Counted from the first letter of the stretch, positions 1 to 8,976 are shown. The stretch is 32,000 nt of DNA from Hyperthermus butylicus DSM 5456 (GCF_000015145.1 NC_008818.1:360001-392000); one strand, 5' to 3'. Notes: generated by a model from the sequence alone, not told the origin. Made by a program: numbers and translations.

Positions 1-74
1 GCACCAGCAGCGACAGGCAGGGCGAGAGAAGCAGCTAAGAACGCCAGAACCATAGCGGCCAGGTACACTCTCAT
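1..74 (-). CDS. 5' end of a gene for a secreted or membrane protein; the rest runs off the left edge
   Basis: ATG at 74..72 (minus) opens MRVYLAAMVLAFLAASLALPVAAG..., which looks like a hydrophobic signal peptide. Only 24 codons are visible. Confidence 0.3.
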   Translation of the reverse strand, partial: MRVYLAAMVLAFLAASLALPVAAG

Positions 75-307
75 ACCACAGACCCCCAAACCGGTACAGA
101 GAAGAGCTAAGGGGATAAACGCATAGCTCCCCTCAGCCTCCGCCGTATATACGCTCACAGCCCCCGGCCCAAGGGCTCGCACCTAGCGAACGCTCATCAC
201 CAGCCGGACACCACGAGAAACACATAACCCCATGAACCGTAAAGAATTTACTCCACGCCACATAGAGTGAAGGATTACCGTGGAGCCCACAGCCCGGGAA
301 AAGGGCT

Positions 308-385
308 GGGCCCGTCGTCTAGCCTGGTTAGGACGCCGCCCTTACACGGCGGAGGTCCGGGGTTCAAATCCCCGCGGGCCCACCA
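308..385 (+). tRNA. tRNA-Val (anticodon UAC), CCA encoded
   Basis: Hand-folded cloverleaf. Acceptor GGGCCCG/CGGGCCC, anticodon stem CCGCC/GGCGG, loop CTTACAC, T-arm GGGGTTCAAATCCCC, discriminator A, then CCA. Confidence 0.9.
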
Positions 386-669
386 TGTACAACATAGTTC
401 TCCTCCCTTCTCCATTTCGTCGTGCCCTCAGAGTCAAGAGCATTGGTTCATGTATTGCAGCTTTCCTAAATAAAGTGCTGTTGTATACGCTACCACCTCC
501 AAGCAACGGGAAATAGTGTATCTAGGGCTTAGAGGTCGGCGCTCTGTCTTGGCTGGGCTATGGGCCCATTGTCTCCCAGTGTCTCTTAATACAGCACCTA
601 TCTGCAGTAATTAGGTTAATAATACTCTCCACTGCCTCTCCTACTGAGTTTAATGCTACAATGTTGCCC

Positions 670-1044
670 TCAGCTTCTGCTGATACCGCGGTCAGCTTCA
701 ATATACACTATACAACCACCCAATGCTCTAACATAGTCTGCAAGTTCTCTAAATCCCTCCACCACGATGACTTGAACTCCATGACTTAGGGCTAAATCTA
801 GGGCGTATTCAAGCCCTATAGCTCTCCTTACCACAACCATGTACTCTTCAGGTGAGACCGCGATAACGGGTGATGCGCCAGCCTCAAGGTATCTACCGGT
901 ATCCTTTACGCGATAGTCCACGTGAGGTTGGTGGATATGTTTAATTGCAGCAACGTGATAGCCTTGCTCTGTTAAGTGTCTTGTAAGCGAGGTACCTAAG
1001 AGAGTCTTGCCGTGACCCCGACCTGCTGCAGTAATGAGAACTAT
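670..1044 (-). CDS. mobB: MobB-like molybdopterin-guanine dinucleotide biosynthesis adapter (P-loop protein); 5' end unresolved
   Basis: The frame of ORF 670..921 stays open upstream to 1107. It reads KSIVLITAAGRGHGKTLLGTSLTRHLTEQGYHVAAIKHIHQPHVDYRVKDTGRYLEAGA, with a Walker A, the IKH motif and the DTGRYxxAGA motif typical of MobB. No ATG, GTG or TTG precedes the P-loop. Confidence 0.65.
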   Translation of the reverse strand: MVLITAAGRGHGKTLLGTSLTRHLTEQGYHVAAIKHIHQPHVDYRVKDTGRYLEAGASPVIAVSPEEYMVVVRRAIGLEYALDLALSHGVQVIVVEGFRELADYVRALGGCIVYIEADRGISRS

Positions 1045-1143
1045 GGACTTGCAGGCTGTTCGCAGTCTACTAGCACCTCCAGGAGTATGGGCTGGAGGCT
1101 TGAATAGTTAAAAATACAAGAGCTTGATTTGTGTAGCAGAGTT

Positions 1144-1151
1144 AAAAAAAA
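1144..1151 (-). terminator. Oligo-T tract (T8 on the minus strand) just after the membrane-anchor gene stop
   Basis: A8 run on the plus strand at 1144-1151, 16 nt downstream of the stop at 1167. Archaeal terminators are oligo-T tracts. A second TATTTTT lies at 1110-1116. Confidence 0.4.
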
Positions 1152-1166
1152 TGTGGGGAACAGACT

Positions 1167-2396
1167 CTACCGGAATAATAGCAGCCTTCTAGGCTTCTCG
1201 TAGGGTTCTACAGCTAGTATTTGCAGGCCAAGCACATATAGCAGGAGCCATAGCCCTATTGCGCCTATGACTGAGGCCAGCTCTGCTCTGCTCGTTAGTA
1301 GCTCGTGCAGTGCTTCTTCTGCATAGTTCTCGCCTATAGAATGTAGTGCTAGTGCGTGGTAGTCTTCTAGTGCTTCAAGCCTTACTACCTGGCCAGCAGC
1401 GACAACACTATGTAGTAGCGTGAAGCCGCCCAGCACAGCTAGTACTGAGGCTAACAGTAGTGCTGCACCAGCCTTTCTCCACGTAGCTATGAGACCTAGT
1501 GATATAGGTACTATAACAGCTAGCAGTATTGAGAGCCAGAAGAGCCCCGCCAACTCACCGGACGTCAGTATTTCTGCCGTCTTTTCTGCGAGCCCCCATC
1601 CTGTCTGCTGTAGTAGCATCCACCCAGTAATGAATCCTACAGCGAGCGCCATACCTGCAAGCTCCTTAGACACTGATGGTATATTGTGACGCCACTCTTC
1701 AAGAGAGAGCTTCGAGGCAGCCCTCGCAACTACTCCCAAGCCTATTGCTATCCATGCAGCACCAAGCATGAATGCTAGCGCTATATTGAACACGCCCAGT
1801 GGAGCGGCGAACCAGCCTGGTATAGCGACGTTGTAGCCGAATGCTAGCGCAAGGTTGTACTCTAGCGCTAGGCTTGCTAGCAGCCCTCCCACTAGCAGCG
1901 CCTTGCCAAGCCCTGTGTAGAGGCTGTCTTCTCCCTTGTTAAACACGTAGACCATTGTCGCTAGTAGGAATGCCGCGTACACTATGTATAGTATGCCGTT
2001 CCAAGCTATCCTTGACTCTGGGTTGAAGCCAAGGTATATCCACAGACTGTGCTCTATGTGTAGTAGGTCAGCGAAGACTAGTGCAATGCCTGGAACTAGT
2101 AGTGCTAGGGCTAGCACTAGTAGCTTACGTATCTCATTCCTGGCCTCTCTTTGCCCGAGTATTGCAACTCTAATCGCCAAGGCATCGTATACGCCGCCGC
2201 TCGAGATGGCGAAGAAGACATAGCCTGTAACCATCAATCCCCACGGGGCTAGCGCGTGTAGTGGTGATGCCTCGCTTAGTGTCTGGCGGCTGTAAATGCC
2301 GTAGATGAATAGTACTGTAAGCAGGCCGCCGACAATTATGAAGGCTGCTCCAGCCGCTCCTAGCCTAGCACCACTAGCAACCCTACCATGGCTCAT
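1167..2396 (-). CDS. NrfD/PsrC-type integral membrane anchor subunit of the molybdoenzyme
   Basis: 409 aa, hydrophobic throughout with multiple predicted TM helices. It is the last gene of a three-gene operon after the Fe-S subunit, with a 7-nt gap. This is the classic PsrABC/SreABC layout. Confidence 0.8.
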   Translation of the reverse strand: MSHGRVASGARLGAAGAAFIIVGGLLTVLFIYGIYSRQTLSEASPLHALAPWGLMVTGYVFFAISSGGVYDALAIRVAILGQREARNEIRKLLVLALALLVPGIALVFADLLHIEHSLWIYLGFNPESRIAWNGILYIVYAAFLLATMVYVFNKGEDSLYTGLGKALLVGGLLASLALEYNLALAFGYNVAIPGWFAAPLGVFNIALAFMLGAAWIAIGLGVVARAASKLSLEEWRHNIPSVSKELAGMALAVGFITGWMLLQQTGWGLAEKTAEILTSGELAGLFWLSILLAVIVPISLGLIATWRKAGAALLLASVLAVLGGFTLLHSVVAAGQVVRLEALEDYHALALHSIGENYAEEALHELLTSRAELASVIGAIGLWLLLYVLGLQILAVEPYEKPRRLLLFR

Positions 2397-2403
2397 AGGT
2401 CGC

Positions 2404-3060
2404 TCACCTCCTCCTCATCACATGGGTTTTGGCTGGAGGAACGAAGAAGAGCTTGGGTTTAGTACCAAGCTCTGGAGCTAGTGCAACAGCATAACCTTCA
2501 CTTACAAGCTTATGTACAATGCTGTTCGGGTCGTCTAAGTCACCGAAGAACCTTGCCTGGAAGGCACAAGCTTCGACACATGCTGGAACCCACTTACCAT
2601 CACCTTCCTTAGCACGATGATAGCAGAACGTGCACTTGTCGGGATATCCCGGTGCTAGAGCTTCTGAATGCGGTGCTGGTCCTCTCATCTTGCCACGGTA
2701 CACTGTTCTCGCAGCGTAGGGACACGCGATGACACATGCACGGCAGCCAATACACTTACTATGGTCGAGCATTACGACGCCTTCCTTAGTCTTGTAGGTT
2801 GCCCCGGTGGGGCAGACAGCGGCACATGGCGGGTTTTCACAGTGCATGCACTGTATGAAGTACGGTACATCGCCAAATGGCCCTCCACGGATCATTGCAG
2901 GCTTCGTCCTTGCGTAGAATATAGCGTTGCCCTCCGGAAGTTCAACATTTTCGCTAAACTGTCTAGCAATATTCTCTCTTATACATGCGATACTACACGC
3001 CATGCAGCCGGTACATCTATTGAGATCTATAACCATTGCAAGTCTAGCCATTCTAGCCAC
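2404..3060 (-). CDS. Four-cluster [4Fe-4S] ferredoxin-type electron-transfer subunit (PsrB/DmsB-like)
   Basis: Contains CTGCMACSIAC, CMHCENPPCAAVCP, CIGCRACVIACP and further Cys groups (CTFC...C...C). This is the typical beta subunit of complex iron-sulfur molybdoenzymes. Confidence 0.9.
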   Translation of the reverse strand: MARMARLAMVIDLNRCTGCMACSIACIRENIARQFSENVELPEGNAIFYARTKPAMIRGGPFGDVPYFIQCMHCENPPCAAVCPTGATYKTKEGVVMLDHSKCIGCRACVIACPYAARTVYRGKMRGPAPHSEALAPGYPDKCTFCYHRAKEGDGKWVPACVEACAFQARFFGDLDDPNSIVHKLVSEGYAVALAPELGTKPKLFFVPPAKTHVMRRR

Positions 3061-3076
3061 CCCCTAGCCAGCTAAT

Positions 3077-5650
3077 TCATCCCGTGATCTTCTCTATTCT
3101 TACGACAAAATCATGCTGGGCAGCTCTATAACCCTCTTCGGGAACTACAGCCTCATCAGGATCGGCAAGGAGGTTATTATTGATGCCATAACCGCCTCCT
3201 TTGCTGAAGAGTTTAACTGTGATCTCTCTGCCCTCCCGTGTCTTTATCCTAGCTGTCCTTGGTATAACCATCTCATCTATGGCTGTTGCATGTGGAGCTG
3301 CGATAATGTATGGGTGTACATCCTCACTTACTATGACCTTTGCAATTATTTCGCCTCCGGCACCCTTAATCCTTACCAGGTCTCCTGTCCTCAGCCCAAG
3401 CTTCTCGGCTCTGCTTGGATGTATTAGGACACCGTACAAGTTCTTGTATTCTAGAGCATCTATTGAGAGCTTCGCGAATCTTATGAGCATGTTTATCGAT
3501 GTTAGCGGGTCCTGATACTCTACCGGTATGAACTCATCTGGTGCCAGCTGGCCTTTCCTCATCCAGAGTGGCCGTATCCATATAGGGAATGGGTTCAGCG
3601 GCGACTCTTTTCCGACGAACCCTCTATACTTCTCTAGAAGTGCCACATTAACTATCTCGAGTTCACCGGTAACTGTTGATAGAGGCTCACCACCCCATGG
3701 ATGATACTTTGGCTTCGTCCATAGCATTACATAACCCTTCTCCAGCAGCTCGTCGAAGTTTATGCCTAGTGCTTCAGCTTGCTTGCGCTGGACCTCAAGT
3801 GGGTCAACTTCCACGTTTGGTGGCAGTTTGCCGAGTCTCTTAGCGAGTTCTACAAGGATCCACCAAGTGGGTCTAGCATCTATGCCGGATGGTGGATCGA
3901 CAGCCTTTATGCCTGTGGTTACAAGACTAACATAGCTCTTCTTAGCAGTTTGCAGCGACCAGGTTGTTGCCTCGAAGAAGAGCGGTATGGGGAGTACTAT
4001 ATCGGCATACATCACCGTCTCATTGAAGGTTGTGTCAGCTACCACTATGAGTTCAACACGCTTCTCATCCTTTAATGCTTCCAGGAACTTCCTGCCGCTT
4101 ACCGTATGGGCTACGAGGTTCTCGAGATGTATGAATAGTAGACCTATTGGGTATGGCTTACCCGTCATTATTGTTTTGACGAGGAGCTGACTCCAGCACT
4201 TACCTATAATATTTTCAATACCGTTCTGGGCCCAGTAGTCGGGTATGGATAGCCCGGTGGGCTTCGTTTTCTCTATTCCTATGATGTCGAAGGGATGCTT
4301 AATCTTTGGTTTGCCAGCCGGATATGCTACGCCTCCGACGCTTCCAACACTACCTATAAGCACGTTTATGAGCATGTTCACTCTCTTCAGCATACCCTCG
4401 TTATAATATCTTGCACCTTTGTAGCCATGGTCTATGAAGGCCTTGGGTGCTGCTTCAGCTAGCTCTCTTGCAATTCTCCTTATAGTGTTGGCTGGTACAC
4501 CTGTAATCTTTTCAGCCCATTCAGGTGTATAGTCTTTCACATGATCCTTCAGTAGGAGAAGGGCTGTCTTTACAGGCCTGCCATTGTAGGTACCTTCATA
4601 CTCTAGCGCTGGCTGTTTAGCTTCTGTCTTCAGCTTGAACTCGCCGGTAGCCTCGTCGTATACTAGATACGTCTTCTTACCCTCCATCAACGGATTATCG
4701 GCGAGCTTGACAGGTTCTAGGGTGTCCGCGTAGAAGAGCATTGGCGCGTTAGTCCACTTGATTAGATAGTCTTTATTGTAGAGCTTTTCGGTAAGTATCA
4801 CGTTGAGAATAGCGAGTGATATAGCTAAATCGGTTGCAGGAGGTATTATGTAGTATTCGTCGGCTATCGCTGTGAGCCGGCTCTTCCTCACATCGAATAC
4901 CACAAGCTTTGCCTTATTGGCTCTACCTTCGGTGAACATCTTTGTCCATGCTGAGGCAACAATTCCTCCTACTGGGTTGCGGCCCATAACGATGATCATC
5001 TTGGCATTCTTATAGTCTGGCTGAAACGCGGAGGGCCCCTTTGGGCTGCCGAATATGAACTTGTGGCCGATATCCATGCCTGTGTGGCAAGTATCACAGT
5101 GCTGAGTAGCATTGGGAGTGCCAATAACGTTCTTGAAGAAGTCTCTTACATGACTACCTTCGTAACCCTGGTGGGATACCGCGACTATGCGGTGTACCTC
5201 ACCCTTATCCATGAGTTCTTTTATTTTCTTAGCTATGATGTCAAGTGCTTCCTCCCACGTTATCTCCACGAATTGGCCACTACCACGAGGACCGACTCTC
5301 TTTAGGGGCCTAGGTATTCGCTCCGGCAAATATCGCAGCTCGAATATGGTTTGTGGCCTGCCACAGATAGCGAAGAACTCATCATGTGAAGGATCGGATG
5401 CATATACTATCTTCTCTATTACTTCCTCATCGCCAACTTTACGCACGTAAATCTTGAACGGGCAGCGTTGACCACAGATTAGACAACTGCTAACAACTAC
5501 TTTAGATTTAGAAGGCTCGCTAGCAGCTGCTGCGAACTTTACACCACCTTTATCGATAACCGTCCGAGGCCTTGGCAGCGAAAGGGGTAGTGCTACTGAT
5601 GCTCCTGCCACAGCAGCGATCTTTATAAAATCACGCCGTGATATCTTCAC
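3077..5650 (-). CDS. Catalytic Mo/W-bis(pyranopterin guanine dinucleotide) oxidoreductase subunit, Tat-exported (polysulfide/sulfur/thiosulfate-reductase-like)
   Basis: 857 aa. GTG start at 5650 follows GGGAGGG. N-terminus MKISRRDFIKIAAVAGA carries a twin-arginine signal. FS0 motif CLICGQRC...C is present. Length and domain order match the PsrA/SreA/PhsA family. The substrate cannot be assigned from sequence alone. Confidence 0.9.
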   Translation of the reverse strand: MKISRRDFIKIAAVAGASVALPLSLPRPRTVIDKGGVKFAAAASEPSKSKVVVSSCLICGQRCPFKIYVRKVGDEEVIEKIVYASDPSHDEFFAICGRPQTIFELRYLPERIPRPLKRVGPRGSGQFVEITWEEALDIIAKKIKELMDKGEVHRIVAVSHQGYEGSHVRDFFKNVIGTPNATQHCDTCHTGMDIGHKFIFGSPKGPSAFQPDYKNAKMIIVMGRNPVGGIVASAWTKMFTEGRANKAKLVVFDVRKSRLTAIADEYYIIPPATDLAISLAILNVILTEKLYNKDYLIKWTNAPMLFYADTLEPVKLADNPLMEGKKTYLVYDEATGEFKLKTEAKQPALEYEGTYNGRPVKTALLLLKDHVKDYTPEWAEKITGVPANTIRRIARELAEAAPKAFIDHGYKGARYYNEGMLKRVNMLINVLIGSVGSVGGVAYPAGKPKIKHPFDIIGIEKTKPTGLSIPDYWAQNGIENIIGKCWSQLLVKTIMTGKPYPIGLLFIHLENLVAHTVSGRKFLEALKDEKRVELIVVADTTFNETVMYADIVLPIPLFFEATTWSLQTAKKSYVSLVTTGIKAVDPPSGIDARPTWWILVELAKRLGKLPPNVEVDPLEVQRKQAEALGINFDELLEKGYVMLWTKPKYHPWGGEPLSTVTGELEIVNVALLEKYRGFVGKESPLNPFPIWIRPLWMRKGQLAPDEFIPVEYQDPLTSINMLIRFAKLSIDALEYKNLYGVLIHPSRAEKLGLRTGDLVRIKGAGGEIIAKVIVSEDVHPYIIAAPHATAIDEMVIPRTARIKTREGREITVKLFSKGGGYGINNNLLADPDEAVVPEEGYRAAQHDFVVRIEKITG

Positions 5651-6138
5651 GACAATACATCCCTCCCGTGATGCTACACCATTCTCTGCCGTTATAGTAG
5701 TACTTATCGATATGTGGGTTATTTATGTAGTATCCCTGCTTTTTGAGGTATTTTCAACATAGTATCGTGTCTGTTAGTTTTTACCTATTTCTATGAATGA
5801 GATTCCATAGATCATTAAAAGAACATTATTGAACACATACTTATAAGTTTCTAATACATTATTTACATGAGTTTTCGTTTGGATCTTTTAGCATTTTGGT
5901 TTAATATTGTGATATTGCTTATGTTAAGCTTAAGCATGAAATATTAGTTCATTTAAAAATAATGACAATAATAGTGGTAATTATTGCTCTAGCCTCTCCG
6001 GGATCATCTAGCTGTTGTTTCCTATCGTCGACTACAGCCTACAACCTATGACTTGCTCTAGGTATTGCAATTGCTTTGGACGATATAATAATTAATTTAA
6101 ATAATTAATTTACACACTATTCCTTATTCCTTGCAACA
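5651..6138. other. 488-bp AT-rich intergenic region (about 23-32% GC per 60-nt line, against about 50-55% in the flanks)
   Basis: Hand count of G+C across lines 5701-6000. No ORF of 60 aa or more. Contains the psrA-side promoter region, short palindromes (ACTTATAAGT at 5839-5848; TTAAGCTTAAGC at 5924-5935) and a 13-mer tandem repeat. Confidence 0.8.
6087..6112. repeat. Perfect tandem duplication of the 13-mer AATAATTAATTTA
   Basis: Copies at 6087-6099 and 6100-6112 are identical. They lie 27 nt downstream of the tfx-like stop, and the minus strand here is T-rich, so this may be a terminator. Confidence 0.85.
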
Positions 6139-6600
6139 TCAAACTTCTACAATTTTTCCTGCGAGATCTAGGAGGCTTTCTATTTCTCTTAGGCAGTAGA
6201 CGCGTAGTCTTCCATCTCTAAAGATGAGTATAGCGAAATTGTCGAGGCCGTTGTCTCTAGTACATTTTTTTGACTCGTTCCTTACGAATACATAGATGCC
6301 AGCATAGTCGAGTCTGAGCTTAACCCCATTGGCATCAGCCTCCCTAATTACGTATGACGGAAGTTTAGCGAGATCGGTATCGGGGTTCACTACTATTACA
6401 GATGCTGCTGTAGCTAGCTCGTAGGCTGCAAGAGTTTTAGCTGCATTCTCAAGTAGTCTCCGTGCTCTCTTCTCAATAGACCATACGGCTTGTTTGCTCA
6501 GACCCAACATTCTTGCTATCTCGCCCAGCCCCAGCCCCTTATCTCTAAGTGCTAGCACCGTGATCTGTACCCGATTCAACAGCCCATAACTCAAGTACAT
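6139..6600 (-). CDS. tfx: Tfx-family DNA-binding transcriptional regulator
   Basis: N-terminal LuxR/sigma-70-region-4-like HTH: LNRVQITVLALRDKGLGLGEIARMLGLSKQAVWSIEKRARRLLENA. The C-terminal domain (IREADANGVKL...FAILIFRDGRLRV) and the size of 153 aa match my recollection of Methanothermobacter Tfx. Confidence 0.75.
   Translation of the reverse strand: MYLSYGLLNRVQITVLALRDKGLGLGEIARMLGLSKQAVWSIEKRARRLLENAAKTLAAYELATAASVIVVNPDTDLAKLPSYVIREADANGVKLRLDYAGIYVFVRNESKKCTRDNGLDNFAILIFRDGRLRVYCLREIESLLDLAGKIVEV
6589..6599. promoter_or_regulatory. Copy 1 of the exact 11-mer ACTCAAGTACA, overlapping the tfx start codon
   Basis: Exact match to 6647-6657. The tfx ATG is the reverse complement of 6598-6600. 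Confidence 0.5.
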
Positions 6601-6631
6601 GTCACCATATTTACTTCGAATAAGGGAATAG

Positions 6632-6643
6632 TTATTTATTTTT
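6632..6643. promoter_or_regulatory. TATA-like element TTATTTATTTTT in the 59-nt tfx/modA divergent intergenic region
   Basis: Centred about 23 nt upstream of the modA ATG (6660), which would fit a leaderless or short-leader mRNA. It is the only strong AT tract between the two divergent starts. Confidence 0.45.
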
Positions 6644-6646
6644 CCT

Positions 6647-6657
6647 ACTCAAGTACA
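6647..6657. promoter_or_regulatory. Copy 2 of the exact 11-mer ACTCAAGTACA, ending 3 nt upstream of the modA ATG
   Basis: Exact match to 6589-6599, offset by 58 nt on the same strand. Confidence 0.5.
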
Positions 6658-6659
6658 CT

Positions 6660-7532
6660 ATGCCTCGGAGATGTTGGTTGCGGAGGGCTCTCGCCCTAGC
6701 GGTGTTAGCACTATTGCTCCTAATAGCACTCTCAACCACCTACCTAGCGTATCAACAACACTATGAAAACGATGGAGGCGTTACTCTCCACGTGTATCTC
6801 TGTGCTGCAGGACGAGAGGCATGGGAGAAGGTTATTACTCTCTTCGAGGAGGAAACAGGTATTAAAGTAGATGTTGTCTATGGCAGTTCGGGCGAGCTTC
6901 TAGCTCGTATAGCTGCAGGCGCCCCAGCAGATGTCTATGCACCTGCTTCACCACGCTACATGATTGAAGCAGTTGAACGCGGCCTAGTAGATCCGTCCAC
7001 GGTACGTCCCGTCGCGTTCCTCATTCCTGTCATAGCCGTTCCGGCAGGCAATCCAGCTAATGTTAGGAGTATCTATGATCTTGCAAGACCGGGGGTCAAG
7101 GTAGCTCTTGCAGACACTAGAGCTGCTGCAATAGGCGCACATAGCGTTGAGATTTTGAGACGTGCTGGTATCCTGGATGATGTTATGGATAACGTGGTCG
7201 CTTATGCTGATACTTTCACTAGGTTAGTATCCCTCGTTGTAACAGGAGCTGTCGATGCTACGATAGCATGGCACGCAATCAAGTACTGGTACCCGGATCG
7301 GGTTGAGACGATACCACTACCATCAAACCTCGTAAATGCATCCTGGATACCAATAGCTGTTACAACACATTCGAAAAATCCAGATACTGCTCTAAGATTT
7401 GTAGAATTTGTCACTACTGATCCACGCGCTAGAAAGGTGTTTCTCGAGCTTGGCTACATAGTAGACGTTAAAGAAGCCTTGGAACATGCAGAGGGGGTTG
7501 AAGCTGAATGGCTAATCAGCTCTACCTCCTAG
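6660..7532 (+). CDS. modA: Molybdate/tungstate ABC transporter substrate-binding protein, membrane-anchored
   Basis: N-terminal TM/signal segment, then ModA-like motifs: GIKVDVVYGSSGELLARIAAGAPADVYAPAS and a later ADT/AAIG region. It is followed by a permease and an ATPase with overlapping junctions. Confidence 0.85.
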   Translation: MPRRCWLRRALALAVLALLLLIALSTTYLAYQQHYENDGGVTLHVYLCAAGREAWEKVITLFEEETGIKVDVVYGSSGELLARIAAGAPADVYAPASPRYMIEAVERGLVDPSTVRPVAFLIPVIAVPAGNPANVRSIYDLARPGVKVALADTRAAAIGAHSVEILRRAGILDDVMDNVVAYADTFTRLVSLVVTGAVDATIAWHAIKYWYPDRVETIPLPSNLVNASWIPIAVTTHSKNPDTALRFVEFVTTDPRARKVFLELGYIVDVKEALEHAEGVEAEWLISSTS

Positions 7533-8281
7533 CGCTTTTGCCACCAATAATGATTGCTTGCTTAATGATAGCCTCAGCTATAGCATGGAGTAGTCCTCAA
7601 GCCATACTTGAGGCATTAGCTAAGCCCAGTACTCAAAGAGCGGTTATGCTCAGTGTAGCATCTGCCGCTGTAGCATCGGCTATTGCCATTTCATCAGCTG
7701 CACCAACTGCCTATGTGCTGGCTAGATCGAATATACCTGGCAAGGCTTTGGTAGCCGCATTTCTAACAGCCCCTCTTGCCGCACCACCTGTTGCTACGGG
7801 CTTTCTTCTACTAGTCTTCTTTACTTCAAACCCTCTAGGCAGAATTGTTGACAGAATAATAGGTGTTGTCCTAGATGTACCAGGTATAATCATTGCACAA
7901 ACGGCTGTAGTCTACCCGATAGCCCTTAGACTTCTCTGGGAGGTATTTGATGCTGTCAACCCGAACTACGAGGAGGTTGCAAGAACTCTCGGCTGTAGAA
8001 CTCTATGCAGAATAACCAACATTCTAATCCCGCTCTCGTTCAGGGGCATCATTGCATCATATGGTGTTTGCTTTGCAAGGGCTATGGGCGAGTTTGGAGC
8101 TACAGTCATGCTGGCTGGGGCAACACGAGGCAAAACAGAGACCTTGCCAATAGCCATCTACCTATCCTTCGCTGAAGGCGAGCCTGGGGTTGCCGTAGCT
8201 CTTTCACTCATTTCGATAGCTGTCGCCGTGCTCTTTTTGACCATGTACTGGGTTCTTGGTGGCAGGGCATGGAGGCGGTGA
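7508..8281 (+). CDS. modB: Molybdate/tungstate ABC transporter permease
   Basis: 257 aa polytopic protein with an EAA-loop-like segment (EEVARTLGCRTLCRITNILIPLSFRGI). Overlaps modA by 25 nt and modC by 13 nt. Confidence 0.85.
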   Translation: MANQLYLLALLPPIMIACLMIASAIAWSSPQAILEALAKPSTQRAVMLSVASAAVASAIAISSAAPTAYVLARSNIPGKALVAAFLTAPLAAPPVATGFLLLVFFTSNPLGRIVDRIIGVVLDVPGIIIAQTAVVYPIALRLLWEVFDAVNPNYEEVARTLGCRTLCRITNILIPLSFRGIIASYGVCFARAMGEFGATVMLAGATRGKTETLPIAIYLSFAEGEPGVAVALSLISIAVAVLFLTMYWVLGGRAWRR

Positions 8282-8961
8282 AACTCGTTAACATATGGAA
8301 GAGGTATGATGGTAAAAGAGATTGGGTGCTATTAGGTGTAACATTCAGTACTCAAGAGGGCAAGTTCGTAGTCATTGTGGGGCCTAACGGGTCTGGCAAG
8401 ACAACTCTTTTAAAGATAATTGTAGGCCTACTTGAACCAGCTAAGGGTGAAGTTTACATTAATGGACGCCTAGTTTACAGCAGTGACGCAGGTATTAATG
8501 TACCTCCTGAAGAGCGTGGAGTTGGCTACGTACCGCAAGATGTTGCCCTTTTCCCACACATGTCGGTCTATGATAATATTGCTTTTGGGCCCCGGATTCA
8601 CGGCCTTCCCGAGCATGAGGTGAGAGAACGTGTCGAATGGGCTGCTAAAGCTTTAGGGGTTGAGAATTTACTAAATCTTTATCCCCAACAACTAAGTGGT
8701 GGCCAGGCACAGAGAGTAGCCATAGCTAGGGCTCTAGCATTGAAGCCTCATGTGCTTCTTCTCGACGAGCCATTCAGCCATATTGATCCATGGTCACGTG
8801 GTAGGCTGCGTAGGCTACTAAGACAACTAACACGCAAAACTGGCATGACGGTGGTGATGACAAGCCACGATCTCGAAGATGCTCGAGAAGCCGATGAAGC
8901 ATATATACTCCACAATGGTGTTATCAAGCTATTTTATGCCGACTCAGCATCAGTAGACTAA
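8269..8961 (+). CDS. modC: Molybdate/tungstate ABC transporter ATP-binding protein (short form, no C-terminal TOBE/Mop domain)
   Basis: Walker A GPNGSGKTT, Q-loop, signature LSGGQAQRVAIARAL, Walker B LLLDEP, H-loop SHD. It is only 230 aa. Confidence 0.85.
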   Translation: MEAVKLVNIWKRYDGKRDWVLLGVTFSTQEGKFVVIVGPNGSGKTTLLKIIVGLLEPAKGEVYINGRLVYSSDAGINVPPEERGVGYVPQDVALFPHMSVYDNIAFGPRIHGLPEHEVRERVEWAAKALGVENLLNLYPQQLSGGQAQRVAIARALALKPHVLLLDEPFSHIDPWSRGRLRRLLRQLTRKTGMTVVMTSHDLEDAREADEAYILHNGVIKLFYADSASVD

Positions 8962-8976
8962 CGGGCTGTCTCCAAG

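Noticed and set aside
267-516. Track ORFs 267..473 and 280..516 (+)
   Set aside because: Both read straight through tRNA-Val (308-385). One translates the T-arm as RGSNPRGP, which is an artefact of the GC-rich tRNA sequence.
5651-6138. AT-rich region as a CRISPR leader or array, IS element or prophage end
   Set aside because: There are no regularly spaced direct repeats, no terminal inverted repeats, no transposase or integrase ORF, and no cas genes in the window.
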